The position numbers and the translations under genes are program-made. Shown piece by piece: positions 13,279-24,943 of a stretch of DNA of 64,000 nt (position 1 is its first letter; the number at the start of each line of letters is the position of its first letter). Below the pieces are notes generated by a model that did no database searches, was not told the DNA's origin, and saw only the letters and a list, made by a program, of their open reading frames with translations. The stretch is taken from the NCBI RefSeq assembly GCF_006345805.1, contig NC_043020.1, forward strand, positions 2,542,001-2,606,000, in the 5' to 3' direction. The stretch comes from Octopus sinensis (Eukaryota).

Positions 13279-14017
13279 AAATGCATAGCTTTTCTATTCA
13301 CATTGTATTTAATTAACCACGCATTATCTCGTATCCTCAATATTCCAATGATGCAATTGTTCATTTTCAGAATAGCATTGTAGGTCAGGTGTGAGAGGTT
13401 GAATCAGGTTGGTTTTAATATAAGACGGGGAGAATATTTGGACCAGATACGACCAGTTTCAATGTTGAAGAATTTAAGTAAGTGTGACTATAGTAAGATC
13501 AATGGCGGCAAAGCGGAATTGCTTAGTATACTTGGAACTTAAAGGGGGTGTGGCAACTGAAGCTGATAGGTGAGTAGATACGGCCCATGAGAGATTGACA
13601 TTTAAGTAGGTGTGGTTTTATGTGTGATTGATGTTGAAACAGGTATGGCTAGTATGCTGAAGTAGGCGTAGATAATATGATTGATGTGTAAGTTATTGAA
13701 GATAGTATGGTTCATGCATAAATGAATGTGATTAGTATAGTTGATGCTTATGTAGGTGTGGCTAGTATGCTAAAGTGGGTGTGGCTAATGCTGTTCATGC
13801 ATAAGCAAATGTGGTCGGTATGGGTGATGCTTAAGTGAACATAACTGAAGCTGACGTCCCATTGGGTGTGATTAACACTGTTAATGCATAAATGAGTGTG
13901 TGACTTCTAACACTGTTGCATAAGTGGGTGTGGCTAATGCTTAAGTAGGTGTGGCTAATGCTTAAGTGGGTGTGGCTAGAGTCGCTGACGCCTAAATGGT
14001 TACAACATAATGAGTTG

Positions 14018-14335
14018 CATGGCACCTTGGGCAAGTGTCTTCTGCTATAGCCTCGGGCCAACCAAATCCTTGTGAGTGGATTTGGTAGACGGAAACTGGA
14101 AGAAGCCCGTCGTATATATGTATATATATGTGTATGTGTATATGTTTGTGTGTCTGTGTTTGTCCCCCCCAACATCGCTTGACAACTGATGGTGGTGTGT
14201 TTATGTCCCCACGTAAGACCGATAGAATAAGTAGTAGGCTTCCAAAGAATAAGTCCTGGGGTTGATTTGCTTGACTAAAGGCTGTGCTCCAGCATGGCCG
14301 CAGTCAAATGACTGAAACAAGTAAAAGAGTAAAGG
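14018..14335 (+). mobile_element. SINE family A, 5'-truncated
   Basis: Starts at GCATGGCACCTTGGGCAAGTG and ends in the GTAAAAGAG tail. Confidence 0.8.
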
Positions 14336-14351
14336 TGTAAAGAGTATATAT

Positions 14352-14900
14352 CATCATCATCATCATCGTTTAACATCCGCTTTCCATGCTAGCATGGGTT
14401 GGACGGTTCAACTGGGGTCTGGGAAGCCCGAAGGCTGCACCAGGCCAGTCAGATCTGGCAGTGTTTCTACAGCTGGATGCCCTTCCTAACGCCAACCACT
14501 CCGAGAGTGTAGTGGTGATTTTATGCCACCAACACAGGTGCCAGACGAGGCTGGCAGACAGGCCACGCTCGGATGGTGTTTTTTATGTGCCACCGACACA
14601 GGTGCCAGACGAGGCTGGCAGACGGCCACGCTCAGATGGTGTTTTTTATGTGCCACCGACACAGGTGCCAGACGAGGCTGGCAGACGGCCACGCTCGGAT
14701 GGTGTTTTTTAAATATATAGAGTATATATATATTTAGGTTGGCATTAGGAAGGGGTTGGCATTAGGAAGGGCATCCAGCTGTAGAAACACTGCCAGATCA
14801 GACTGGGCCTGGTGCATCCTTCTGGCTTCCCAGACACCAGTTGAACCGTCCAACCCATGCCAGCATGGAAAGCGGACGTTAAACGATGATGATGATGATG
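14352..14900. mobile_element. Head-to-head pair of SINE family C copies
   Basis: Minus copy 14352-14710 with three ~60-bp internal repeats; plus copy 14737-14900. Confidence 0.8.
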
Positions 14901-15469
14901 GTATATATATATATACATAGTTGTATGCATGCACACATGTATAAATACATACATACATGCACAGAGAGACACAGAAAGACAGACAGACAGAGAAAGAGCA
15001 GACAGAATAAGAAAAATATAGAAAAACAAAAAGAAAGAAATAGAAAAAAAGATGAAATAAAGAAAAATAAAAGAAAATTCTGATTGCTTCTAATCTATGT
15101 ATGTATAACAAACAATTAGTGTAAAGTATATATATAAACATATATATATATATGTACGTGTTGAATGTATACATACTTGTATATGCAAAAGGATATGTAT
15201 TCTAAAAATGTGTGCAGTAGGTGTCAGAGAATATGAAACTTCAGTGTATGCAGGTGTAGGTATATAGGTATATATATGTCTATGCAAATATATATATATA
15301 TATATATATATACATACACACACACACACACACAGAGATACACACACATACGTACACATGCAAAAAGAGGTGTGTCTATATGTATGTCTCTCAACAAATT
15401 TGCAAGTACGTATGCACCCAAACCCACCACACACAGACTGACAGGCAGACAGACAGACAGACAGAAATG

Positions 15470-15522
<53 letters not shown>

Positions 15523-16227
15523 GTAGGTGGTAGGTAGGTAGGTAGGTAGAAATGAAAGTTAGTATATGTCTGTTGGTGTGTGTAAAACAATCTGCAAATC
15601 TTTACTGCACCCAAACCACACACACACACACACGCACACACACTCACACGCATGCACACACACACACACACACACTCACACGCATGCACACACACACACA
15701 CACTCACACGCACACACACACTGAATATCAGTAAGTATGAACGCATCCACATGCTTGCATGACACCATAAATCTATAAATTTATATTGTATTAGATTTCT
15801 TCGAGAGTTTACAACCTCCCCACATCGTGTGTGAGTGTGTGTGTGTGTGTGTCTAATGTATGTGTACACACATTGAGTGTATGTATGTAAACTTATATAC
15901 ACACACACATACACACATATGCATAAATATACACACATGTATAACCTTACAGATACAACCAGGCATACAAGCATACATATATATACAATATATGTATATG
16001 TATATATGTGTATGTGTGTGTGTATGTGTGTGTGTGTGTGTGTGGTGTGTGTGTGTGTGTGTGCGTGTGTGTGTGTGCGTGTGTGTGTGTGTGCACATAC
16101 ATATATGCATGTATGTGTTTGCATGTTAGTGCATGATATATATATAATATATATATATATATAGATATTATTTACTTTGTTTTAGCCACACACACATATG
16201 CATATATATACATACATATACATACAC

Positions 16228-16291
<64 letters not shown>

Positions 16292-17289
16292 GTATATACA
16301 CACACTACACACCATATCTATATATACATATATATATATATATACATATACACACATAAGTACATGGTAGTGGAATCTAGGAAAGACATTAAGAACCGAC
16401 CCAATATCTCCAAGACATTGTTTTGGCATTTTTTTTACCTCCAAATTATTTTCGGTCTATTCATGTTACTAATTTTCAAATAGATTTTTTCCCCCCAAGT
16501 TAGAAAGTTGTTTCTTTCACCATTATACACACACACACAAACATACATGTGTGTGTGTGTGTGTATATCTGCACATATCCGAACACACACACACATATAT
16601 ACATACATATGCGTGTATGCATATATAAATGCATACACACACACACACACATATATATATACATACACACACACATATATATATACATACACATGTACAT
16701 ATGCATATTTGTGTGTTTCTATCTATGTATTTATAGATAGACAGAAGAACGTGTGTGTGTATATACATATATATTTATACATATGTATGTATATCTTTCC
16801 TCATTTCATTTTGCATTCTGGTTTTGTGTTGTTTTAGTTGCTTTTGAGGAGGGGGGGGAGTTGTTTTATTCTATTTGTTGCTGTTTTCTTTGAGAGAATG
16901 GAGGGGGGGTCCCAGCCGTTAGTTTTAACCGATCTCTCAAAGAACGACAGCATAATATTATCTTAGATCTATTTACATAGGTGCACGGATGGCTGTGTGG
17001 TTAGGAAGTTCAATTCGCAAACCGCATGGCTTCAGGTTCAATTCCAGATTCAGTATTTTCTATGGTTTCAAACTGAACACTACCCTGTGAGTAAAACTAG
17101 TGAGCGGAAATTATGCTGAAGCCTCTGAGTGCCCATGCGTGTCTGTGTGTGTACGTGTGCATGCACATGTGTGTGTTTGTAGTTCAACAAACAGATTGGT
17201 AATTATTACTCGGGTCAGTATGGTTGCCTAAAAACCTTTCCAGGCAAAGACCATGCTTGGCTGATTGGCAACAGCCAGGATGAAACAAG

Positions 17290-17520
17290 TATATATATAT
17301 ATATATAAAGTTAATCCAAACATGAAAACACAAAGAGAAAACAACAACGCGAGGACGTGGAACAAATATAGTATTATTGGACGCTCAGGAAGGGAAGAAG
17401 GAGGGTTTAACGTTTCGAGCGGAACTCTTCGTCGGAAACATAGGAGAAGGAAAGATCCAGAGAAGGGAAGACGGAGGAAAAAAATCGCCAACGGTACACA
17501 CGTGGTCACATTTTGAACTA
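17290..17520 (-). mobile_element. Penelope-like element LTR fragment carrying the hammerhead motif
   Basis: Pyrimidine-rich LTR-like sequence around the motif; shares CTTCCTGAGCGT..TAATAC with the related fragment at 3490-3655; flanked by (TA)n. Family assignment is inference. Confidence 0.45.
17405..17439 (-). ncRNA. Minimal type I hammerhead ribozyme motif (Penelope-like), U4C variant
   Basis: Minus strand reads GTTT-CCGACGA-A-GAG-ttccg-CTC-GAA-AC-GT-T-AAAC: helix I GTTT/AAAC, core C[C]GACGA, helix II GAG/CTC, GAAA, palindromic ACGT helix III, GUU cleavage triplet. Confidence 0.6.
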
Positions 17521-18776
17521 ATATGGGATGAAGTTTTTTTACAGAAAAAAAACTTCATCAAGAAAAAGTGGCAGCATATTAAGATACCTTTAAAGGTTAA
17601 AATTATAAACAACTTATAAACAAGGGCAAAAGAAAATTATTCTATAATAATATGTGGAAATTAATGATTTAAAAGTCTATTATCAGCATATTGGCATAGA
17701 AATAATTTTCTTTTACCCTTGTTTATAAGTTGTATATATATATATATGTATATATATACACACACACACACACATTCATATGGGTTTATGTGTGGGTGTG
17801 TGTATCATCATCATCCTTTAACATGCTTTCCATGCTGGCATGGGTTGGATGGTTTGACCAGAGTTGGCAAGCTGCACTAGACTCTAGTCTAATTAAGCAT
17901 GGTTCCTACAGCCCTTCCTAATGCCAACCACTTTGCAGAGGGTGCTGGGTACTTTTACATGGCACCACACGGATGCTTTTACAATGAAGAAGATGATGAC
18001 GGTATATGAATATATTTATGTATCGGCCCCTTTGCCTTTCCCTTGGATAACACTGGTGGCGTGGAGAGGGGAGGCTGGTATGCATGGGCAACTGCTGGTC
18101 TTCAATAAACAACCTTACCCAGACTTGTGCCTGGGAGGGTAACTTCCTAGGTGCAATCCCATGGTCAGTCATGACCGAAGGGGGTCCCAGCATAAACCAG
18201 GCCACATCAAATGTATGGAATGTCTGTCAGGTTAGGTCAATGCATTTACTAAATGCCAGTTTCAGTTTATTTCTTTCAGAATATCATAATTTTTTTATGA
18301 CAAGTAAACTCTGTGTGTGTGTGTGTGTGTGTATGAGTGTGTGTGCGTGCATGTGTGTGTATTTTTTATGAGTGGCAAAAGCAGTATTCAAAAGATCGCA
18401 TGTATCATACTTAAAGCAGATACATTGTTGAAAGCCTGATAAACAGTGGTATTCATTGCAAGATAGCATCTTTTAAAGACTTATAGTATTAAAAAAAAAA
18501 AAAATATATCAGTTGCAGATGAAAATCATCTAGCTGCAGTGATGACATTACTAAATGTGCATTTCTGTGTCTTTGGGCTTCATCAATCTTCAATGATAAC
18601 CACATGCTAAGACAACAACTGCCATTACTGATATAGTACAACAGTGACTGAAAAAAAATTACTATGGCAATTAGCAGGCAGGTTGATTAAAAATTTGTTA
18701 TCAGTGATAGAGAAGAATATTAGTTCCAAACAGCAATTGGTGCATCACACTTAAAGCAGATATATTGTTGAAAGCC

Positions 18777-19990
18777 TGGAATATAAGACTGTGGACTATC
18801 ATCTTTCATTGAATTACATATGGAGTAAACAACATTGGACTATTGGCTCGCCTTCCATTACATTACATCTGGAGTATAACACTGTAGAGTGACACCTACC
18901 ACTAAATTACATCTGGAATATAAGACTATCTCTACCATTACGTTACATCACATCTGGAGTGTAAGACTATGAACTGCTATCTACCACTAAAATACATCTG
19001 GAGTATAAGACTGCAGACTGTTTTCATTACATCTGGAGTATAAAACTCTGGATTGTTGTCTACCACTAAATCACATCTGGAGTATAAGACTGTAGAGTGA
19101 CACCTACCACTAAATTACATCTGGAATATAAGGCGATCTCTACCATTACATTATATCACATCTGGAGTATAAGACTGTGGACTACCTTCTAGCACTAAAA
19201 TACATCTGGTGTATAAGACTGCAGACTTTTGTCTACTATTACATTACATCTGGAGTATAAGACTATGGATTGCTGTCTACCACTAAATTACATATGGAAT
19301 ATAAGAGTGCAGACTGGTGACTATCACTAATTACATCCGGAATATAAGACTATGGTGTCTATCACTAAATTACATCTGCAGTATATAATACTGTAAACTA
19401 ACATCTACTACTAAATTACATCTGGAGGATAAGATTGTGATCTGTTGGATACCCCTAAATTACATCTGGTGTATTAGACTATGGTGTCTATCACTAAATT
19501 GCATCTGGAGTATGAGACTGCAGACTGTTATCTACCACTAAACTACATCTGGAGTATAAGACTTTGGACTGGTGTCTATTACATTATATCAGGTGTTGAA
19601 GTCTATGTCTATCATTACATTACATCTGGAGTATAAGACTGTAGACTGCTGTCTGTCCATAAATTACATCTGGAGGATTTGGAGTACATTTGGAGTATAA
19701 GACTACAGATTATTGTCTACTACTGAATTACATCTGGAGTATAAGGCTAAGTCTATCACTAAATTACATCTGGAGTACAAAATTGTAGATTCGTATTTAA
19801 CATTAAATTACATTTGGTGTATAAGATTCTTGGCTACCACTAAATTACATCTGGAATATAAGACTATATGGACTGATGTGTACCATTAAATTATATCTGG
19901 AGTATAATATGGTAGGTTGTTGTCTACCACTAAATTATATCCAGAGTATACAACTAAGTCTAATCATTACATCTGGAATATAAGATAGTA
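18777..19990 (+). repeat. Diverged minisatellite, ~30 units of ~35-46 bp
   Basis: Core TTACATCTGGAGTATAAGACT with related, variable linkers; units 3-5 are re-duplicated as units 8-10, 208 bp apart. Confidence 0.9.
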
Positions 19991-21031
19991 GAAACTGACT
20001 GGGGTTTCCCCAGAATTTTACATGTTGAACTCTACACAGAAACAAGAGAATAGAAGAAATCAATAAACTATAGTTACTGTACTCACCAAATATTCTGTTT
20101 CTGAGGACTTCCCTTTCCATGTACGTTTCTGTGAAAGTACTCAGCTACCATTTCCAGATATATTTCATCAGCACTGTTAATCAAGTGTGCTCCTTTTGTG
20201 GGTGTGACACCTGGGGAGAAAATGGTAAACATAAATCAATAAGAATTTGGTAGAAGCATGGCTGTGCGGTTAAGAACCTTGCTTTGCAATCATGCAGGCA
20301 AATGTCTTCTAACAAAACTTCAGGTTAACTATTGTCTAGTGAGTGACTTTGGTAGATGGAAACTGTGTGGAAGCCTTTCATGTGTGTGTATGTGTGTGTG
20401 ACTTTGGGCTTTTTTTGTACCCCGCCAGCATCTGACAACCAGTGTTGGTTTGTTTACACCCTTGTAACATAGTGGTTGAGCAAAAGACAATGACAGAAGA
20501 AGTACCAGCTTTAAAAAAAAAGGTAGTGGGGGCAGTGGGTCAATTTGTTCCACTAAACCCTTCATGGCATTACTCTGCCATGGCTGCAATCCAATGACTG
20601 AAACAAGTAAAAGATAAAAAAGATAATAAAAATTACTAAAGAGAAAACTGTTGTTGTTGAAGTTTAGTGTCAGGTAAAACTTGATTTAGTAGACTTATGA
20701 TCAAAAGAATTCTATCCAGGATATCCCACCTTTATATATGGATCTAAACTGCATTATGTAATGTGTGCTTACTCGCTTAAGGCAGAGGCTGGAGATTATC
20801 TAAGGGATTATTAAGGTGGCACGTAAAAAGCACCAACCTCCCCTAGTACCTGTGCCGGTGGCACGTAAGTAGCACCCACTACACTCACGGAGTGGTTGGT
20901 GTTAGGAAGGGCATCCAGCTGTAGAAACACTGCCAGATCAGACTGGAGCCTGGTGCAGCCTCCATGGCTTACCAGACCCCAGTCGAACCGTCCAACCCAT
21001 GCTAGCATGGAAAACGGACGTTAAATGATGA

Positions 21032-21080
<49 letters not shown>

Positions 21081-21081
<1 letters not shown>

Positions 21082-21245
21082 TTTATTTAAAGCAGCAGAA
21101 AATTCAACAAAACCTGTTACTCTCAGTTTCCCGTTGCCGTTCATCATGTGAATTTTCTGCTGCTTTAAATAAAGCATATTACTCTACCACTGGTATTTGA
21201 GTACTCTTTTTTCCACCTTGTTTCACATTTATGTGTTTACTCCAG
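21081..21245. mobile_element. Penelope-like terminus with perfect 26-bp inverted repeat
   Basis: CTTTATTTAAAGCAGCAGAAAATTCA (21081-21106) and its exact reverse complement (21149-21174). The 42-bp loop holds a truncated hammerhead on the minus strand. Confidence 0.55.
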
Positions 21246-21548
21246 TATATATATATATATTGTTGAATATTAAATATAATATTCAATAATAATGGGTAAT
21301 AAACCAGTAAATTCATTGGATAAAAAAATTGAAGCAAGCAATACACATAAAACTTTGAAAGATGAGGAAGGCAAATAGTGACCCCCTTTAGACATCCCAC
21401 CCCTAAATGTCAAAGGAGCACCAGCTAAACAGCCATTAATCTGCTCCAATAATGCAGTGTTTCGGAGAGATCCTCTCCTCCTCTGCACCACCAGCATCAA
21501 AATAAAAAGGACAAAGTTGTTAATAATGTGTTTTTCATATATATATGA

Positions 21549-21586
<38 letters not shown>

Positions 21587-21665
21587 GTATATACACACAC
21601 ATATACACACACACATACATACATTCATATACATATATACATATAAACATATATACTTGTGTGTA

Positions 21666-21717
<52 letters not shown>

Positions 21718-22173
21718 TATACATACATATATATACATATGTATATACATAAACGTATATATGCATATACTTAAATATACGTACACATATATATATATAT
21801 ATGTATACACTTAAATATACATACACATATATATACATACATATACATATATACATATATATACACACATATATATATACATATATATACATATATGTAT
21901 ATATACATATACATACATATATATATACATATATATGTATGCATATATAGATACATGTATATACATGTATGTGTATATACATATATGTATATATACATAT
22001 ACATACATATATATATACATACATATATATGTATGCATGTGTATATACAAATAGATACATACATATGTGTATATAAGTATATGCATGTATATGCATATAT
22101 TTATATATACGTATGTGCATACATGTGTGCGCATATATACGAGTGGGGGGGATGGTGTAGATAAATAATTAAA

Positions 22174-22240
22174 TATATAAAGCAGAGAGGATCGTTGAAC
22201 CATTCAATTGAAGATTCCACCAGAATTCAATCAGGTGAAA
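22174..22240 (+). promoter_or_regulatory. Candidate core promoter / short first exon
   Basis: TATATAAAG at 22174-22182, Inr-like CCATTC about 26-28 nt downstream (A at 22202), donor-like CAG|GTGAAA at 22234/22235, in a small island of non-repetitive sequence. Confidence 0.3.
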
Positions 22241-22244
22241 CGGA

Positions 22245-22276
22245 GGGGGGAAGGGACGGGGTGGGGGGTAGGGGGG
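22245..22276 (+). other. G-quadruplex-forming motif
   Basis: Five G-runs of 3-6 nt with 1-2 nt loops: GGGGGG-AA-GGG-AC-GGGG-T-GGGGGG-TA-GGGGGG. Confidence 0.7.
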
Positions 22277-22494
22277 TTTCAGGTGACGAAAATTATCTTC
22301 TTTATGGTCAATCATTTACATGAGTGAACATCAGCAACAGCGCCAGAGATTTCGGTAAAAAATGTAAAAAGATTGGTGATGGATAGCATTCCCCATTTTT
22401 CTCGTTACATCCACAGAGATATATATTATGTAAAATATACACACAAACACACATATATGAACTCATAAAAGAGGTACCAATGTATACACATATA

Positions 22495-22818
22495 TGTATA
22501 TAAACACACACACACACACACATATATATATACATATATTTACACACACACAGATATATATATATACATATATTCACACACCACACACACACATATATAT
22601 ACATATACACACACACACACACACACATATATATACATATATTCACACACACACACACACACAACACATATATATACATATATTCACACACACACACACA
22701 CACATATATATACATATATTCAACACACACACACACAACATATATATACATATATTCACACACACCACACACAACATATACATATATTCACACACACACA
22801 CACATATATACATATATT

Positions 22819-22850
<32 letters not shown>

Positions 22851-23260
22851 CATATATTCACACACACACACACACATATATACATATATTCACACACACA
22901 CACACCACACACATATATACATATATTCACACACACACACACATATATACATATATTCACACACCCACACCATATATACATATATTCACACACACACACA
23001 TATATACATATATTCACACACCACACACACCATATATATACATATATCACACACACACACACACACACATATATATACATATATTCACACACACACCACA
23101 CACACATATATATACATATATTCACACACACACACACACACATATATATACATATATTCACACACACACACACACACACATATATATACATATATTCACA
23201 CACACACACACACACACATATACATATATTCACACACACACACACATATATACATATATT

Positions 23261-23292
<32 letters not shown>

Positions 23293-23486
23293 CATATATT
23301 CACACACACACACACACATATATACATATATTCACACACACACACACACACACACATATATACAATATATTCACACACACCACACACACATATACATATA
23401 TTCACACACACACACATATATACATATATTCACACACACACACATATATACATATATTCACACACACACACACATATACATATATT

Positions 23487-23518
<32 letters not shown>

Positions 23519-23560
23519 CGTATATTCACACACACACACATATATATATATATATGCATA
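22495..23560 (+). repeat. Higher-order microsatellite (CA)n-TATATACATATATT
   Basis: Regularly repeated ~26-30 bp unit; source of the spurious 363-aa ORF. Confidence 0.9.
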
Positions 23561-23812
23561 TATTCATACACACATATGTATATAGATTTATTTATATATA
23601 TAAATATACATATATACACACACATACATATTCACACAAATATATATTTGCACACATATACATATATATATATACACACATATACATATATATATACACA
23701 CACACATGCATTTTATTTATATATATATATATATACACACACATATTCACACATAAATATATATATATATATATATATGCACACATATACATACACACAC
23801 ACATGTGCATTT

Positions 23813-23844
<32 letters not shown>

Positions 23845-24414
23845 TAAAATAGACACAAAACACAAATGTGCAGATGCTTATTTTTTTTTTTTATATATTT
23901 AGTTTTGGTCTATTTGTTTGTTTGTCTTTTCAGCTTCCTTTTACATTACTATAACTATTACTACTACTACTACTACCACTACTGCTACTGGTATACCTTC
24001 CCCACCACCATCACCATCATCATCCAAGCCACCAATCCTTCAATGGCCACCCATATCTGCCAGCTATCTGTTTGTGATATCACTAACGGCATTTGATCTC
24101 TCTTTAGTATTATTTGCTCTCAGAAGCTAAAGTGGATCTTTTTTTAGAGATTTCTTCAGCTTTTATACATTTCACACCCATTGCACACACACACACACAC
24201 ACCTTTATATGTGCATGGCTCTTAGTATAAGCATACTGATGTACGTGTATGTACACACACACATGTGTGTGTTTGTATGTGCACATGCATGTATATGTGG
24301 TACATGTATGAGCATTTGCATATATATATAATATATATATATATATATGTGTGTGTGTGTATACATATATAAATATACATATATATATACACATATATAC
24401 ATACATATATATAT

Positions 24415-24457
<43 letters not shown>

Positions 24458-24494
24458 ATATGTGTATATATATATGTGTGTATATATATATATA

Positions 24495-24818
24495 CTCTTT
24501 TACTCTTTTACTTGTTTCAGTCATTTGACTGCGGCCATGCTGGAGCACCGCCTTTAGTCGAGCAAATCGACCCCGGGACTTATTCTTTGTAAGCCCAGTA
24601 CTTATTCTATCAGTCTCTTTTGCCGAACCGCTAGGTGACGGGGACATAAACACACCAGCATCGGTTGTCAAGCAATGCTAGGGGGACAAACACAGACACA
24701 CAAACATATACACACACACTTATATATATATACATATATACGACAGGCTTCTTTCAGTTTCCGTCTACCAAATCCACTCACAAGGCATTGGTCGGCCCGG
24801 GGCTATAGCAGAAGACAC
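24495..24818 (-). mobile_element. SINE family A, head truncated
   Basis: Tail and body match the 59014 copy; tRNA head missing. Confidence 0.8.
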
Positions 24819-24943
24819 ATATGTATATTTATATATGTATACACACACATATATATAGATATATATATATATGTATGCATGTATGTACATATGTACACAT
24901 ATATATCAATGTGTGTGTGTGTGTGCATATGTATTTATATATA

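Larger units (their letters stand above)
12578..13473. mobile_element. piggyBac-type MITE (same family as 6965), split by nested SINEs
   Basis: TTAA at 12574-12577 and 13474-13477; segments 12578-12612 and ~13279-13473 align with the 6965 MITE. Confidence 0.6.
12440..13990 (+). repeat. Degenerate TAAGTRGGTGTGGCTA minisatellite split by insertions
   Basis: Patches at 12440-12573 and 13478-13990 share the unit; near-perfect 21-bp copies at ~13920-13980. Confidence 0.75.

Noticed and set aside
18777-19990. CRISPR array interpretation of the repeat-spacer-like pattern
   Set aside because: The 'spacers' are homologous to each other, short and uneven; blocks of units are re-duplicated; there are no cas genes; the context is eukaryotic. 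It is a diverged minisatellite.
22494-23585. 363-aa His/Thr/Ile/Tyr ORF and the many similar YI/HT/VC ORFs (e.g. 15090-16124, 29276-29995, 41234-41998)
   Set aside because: Translations of TA/CA microsatellites, which lack stop codons in several frames.
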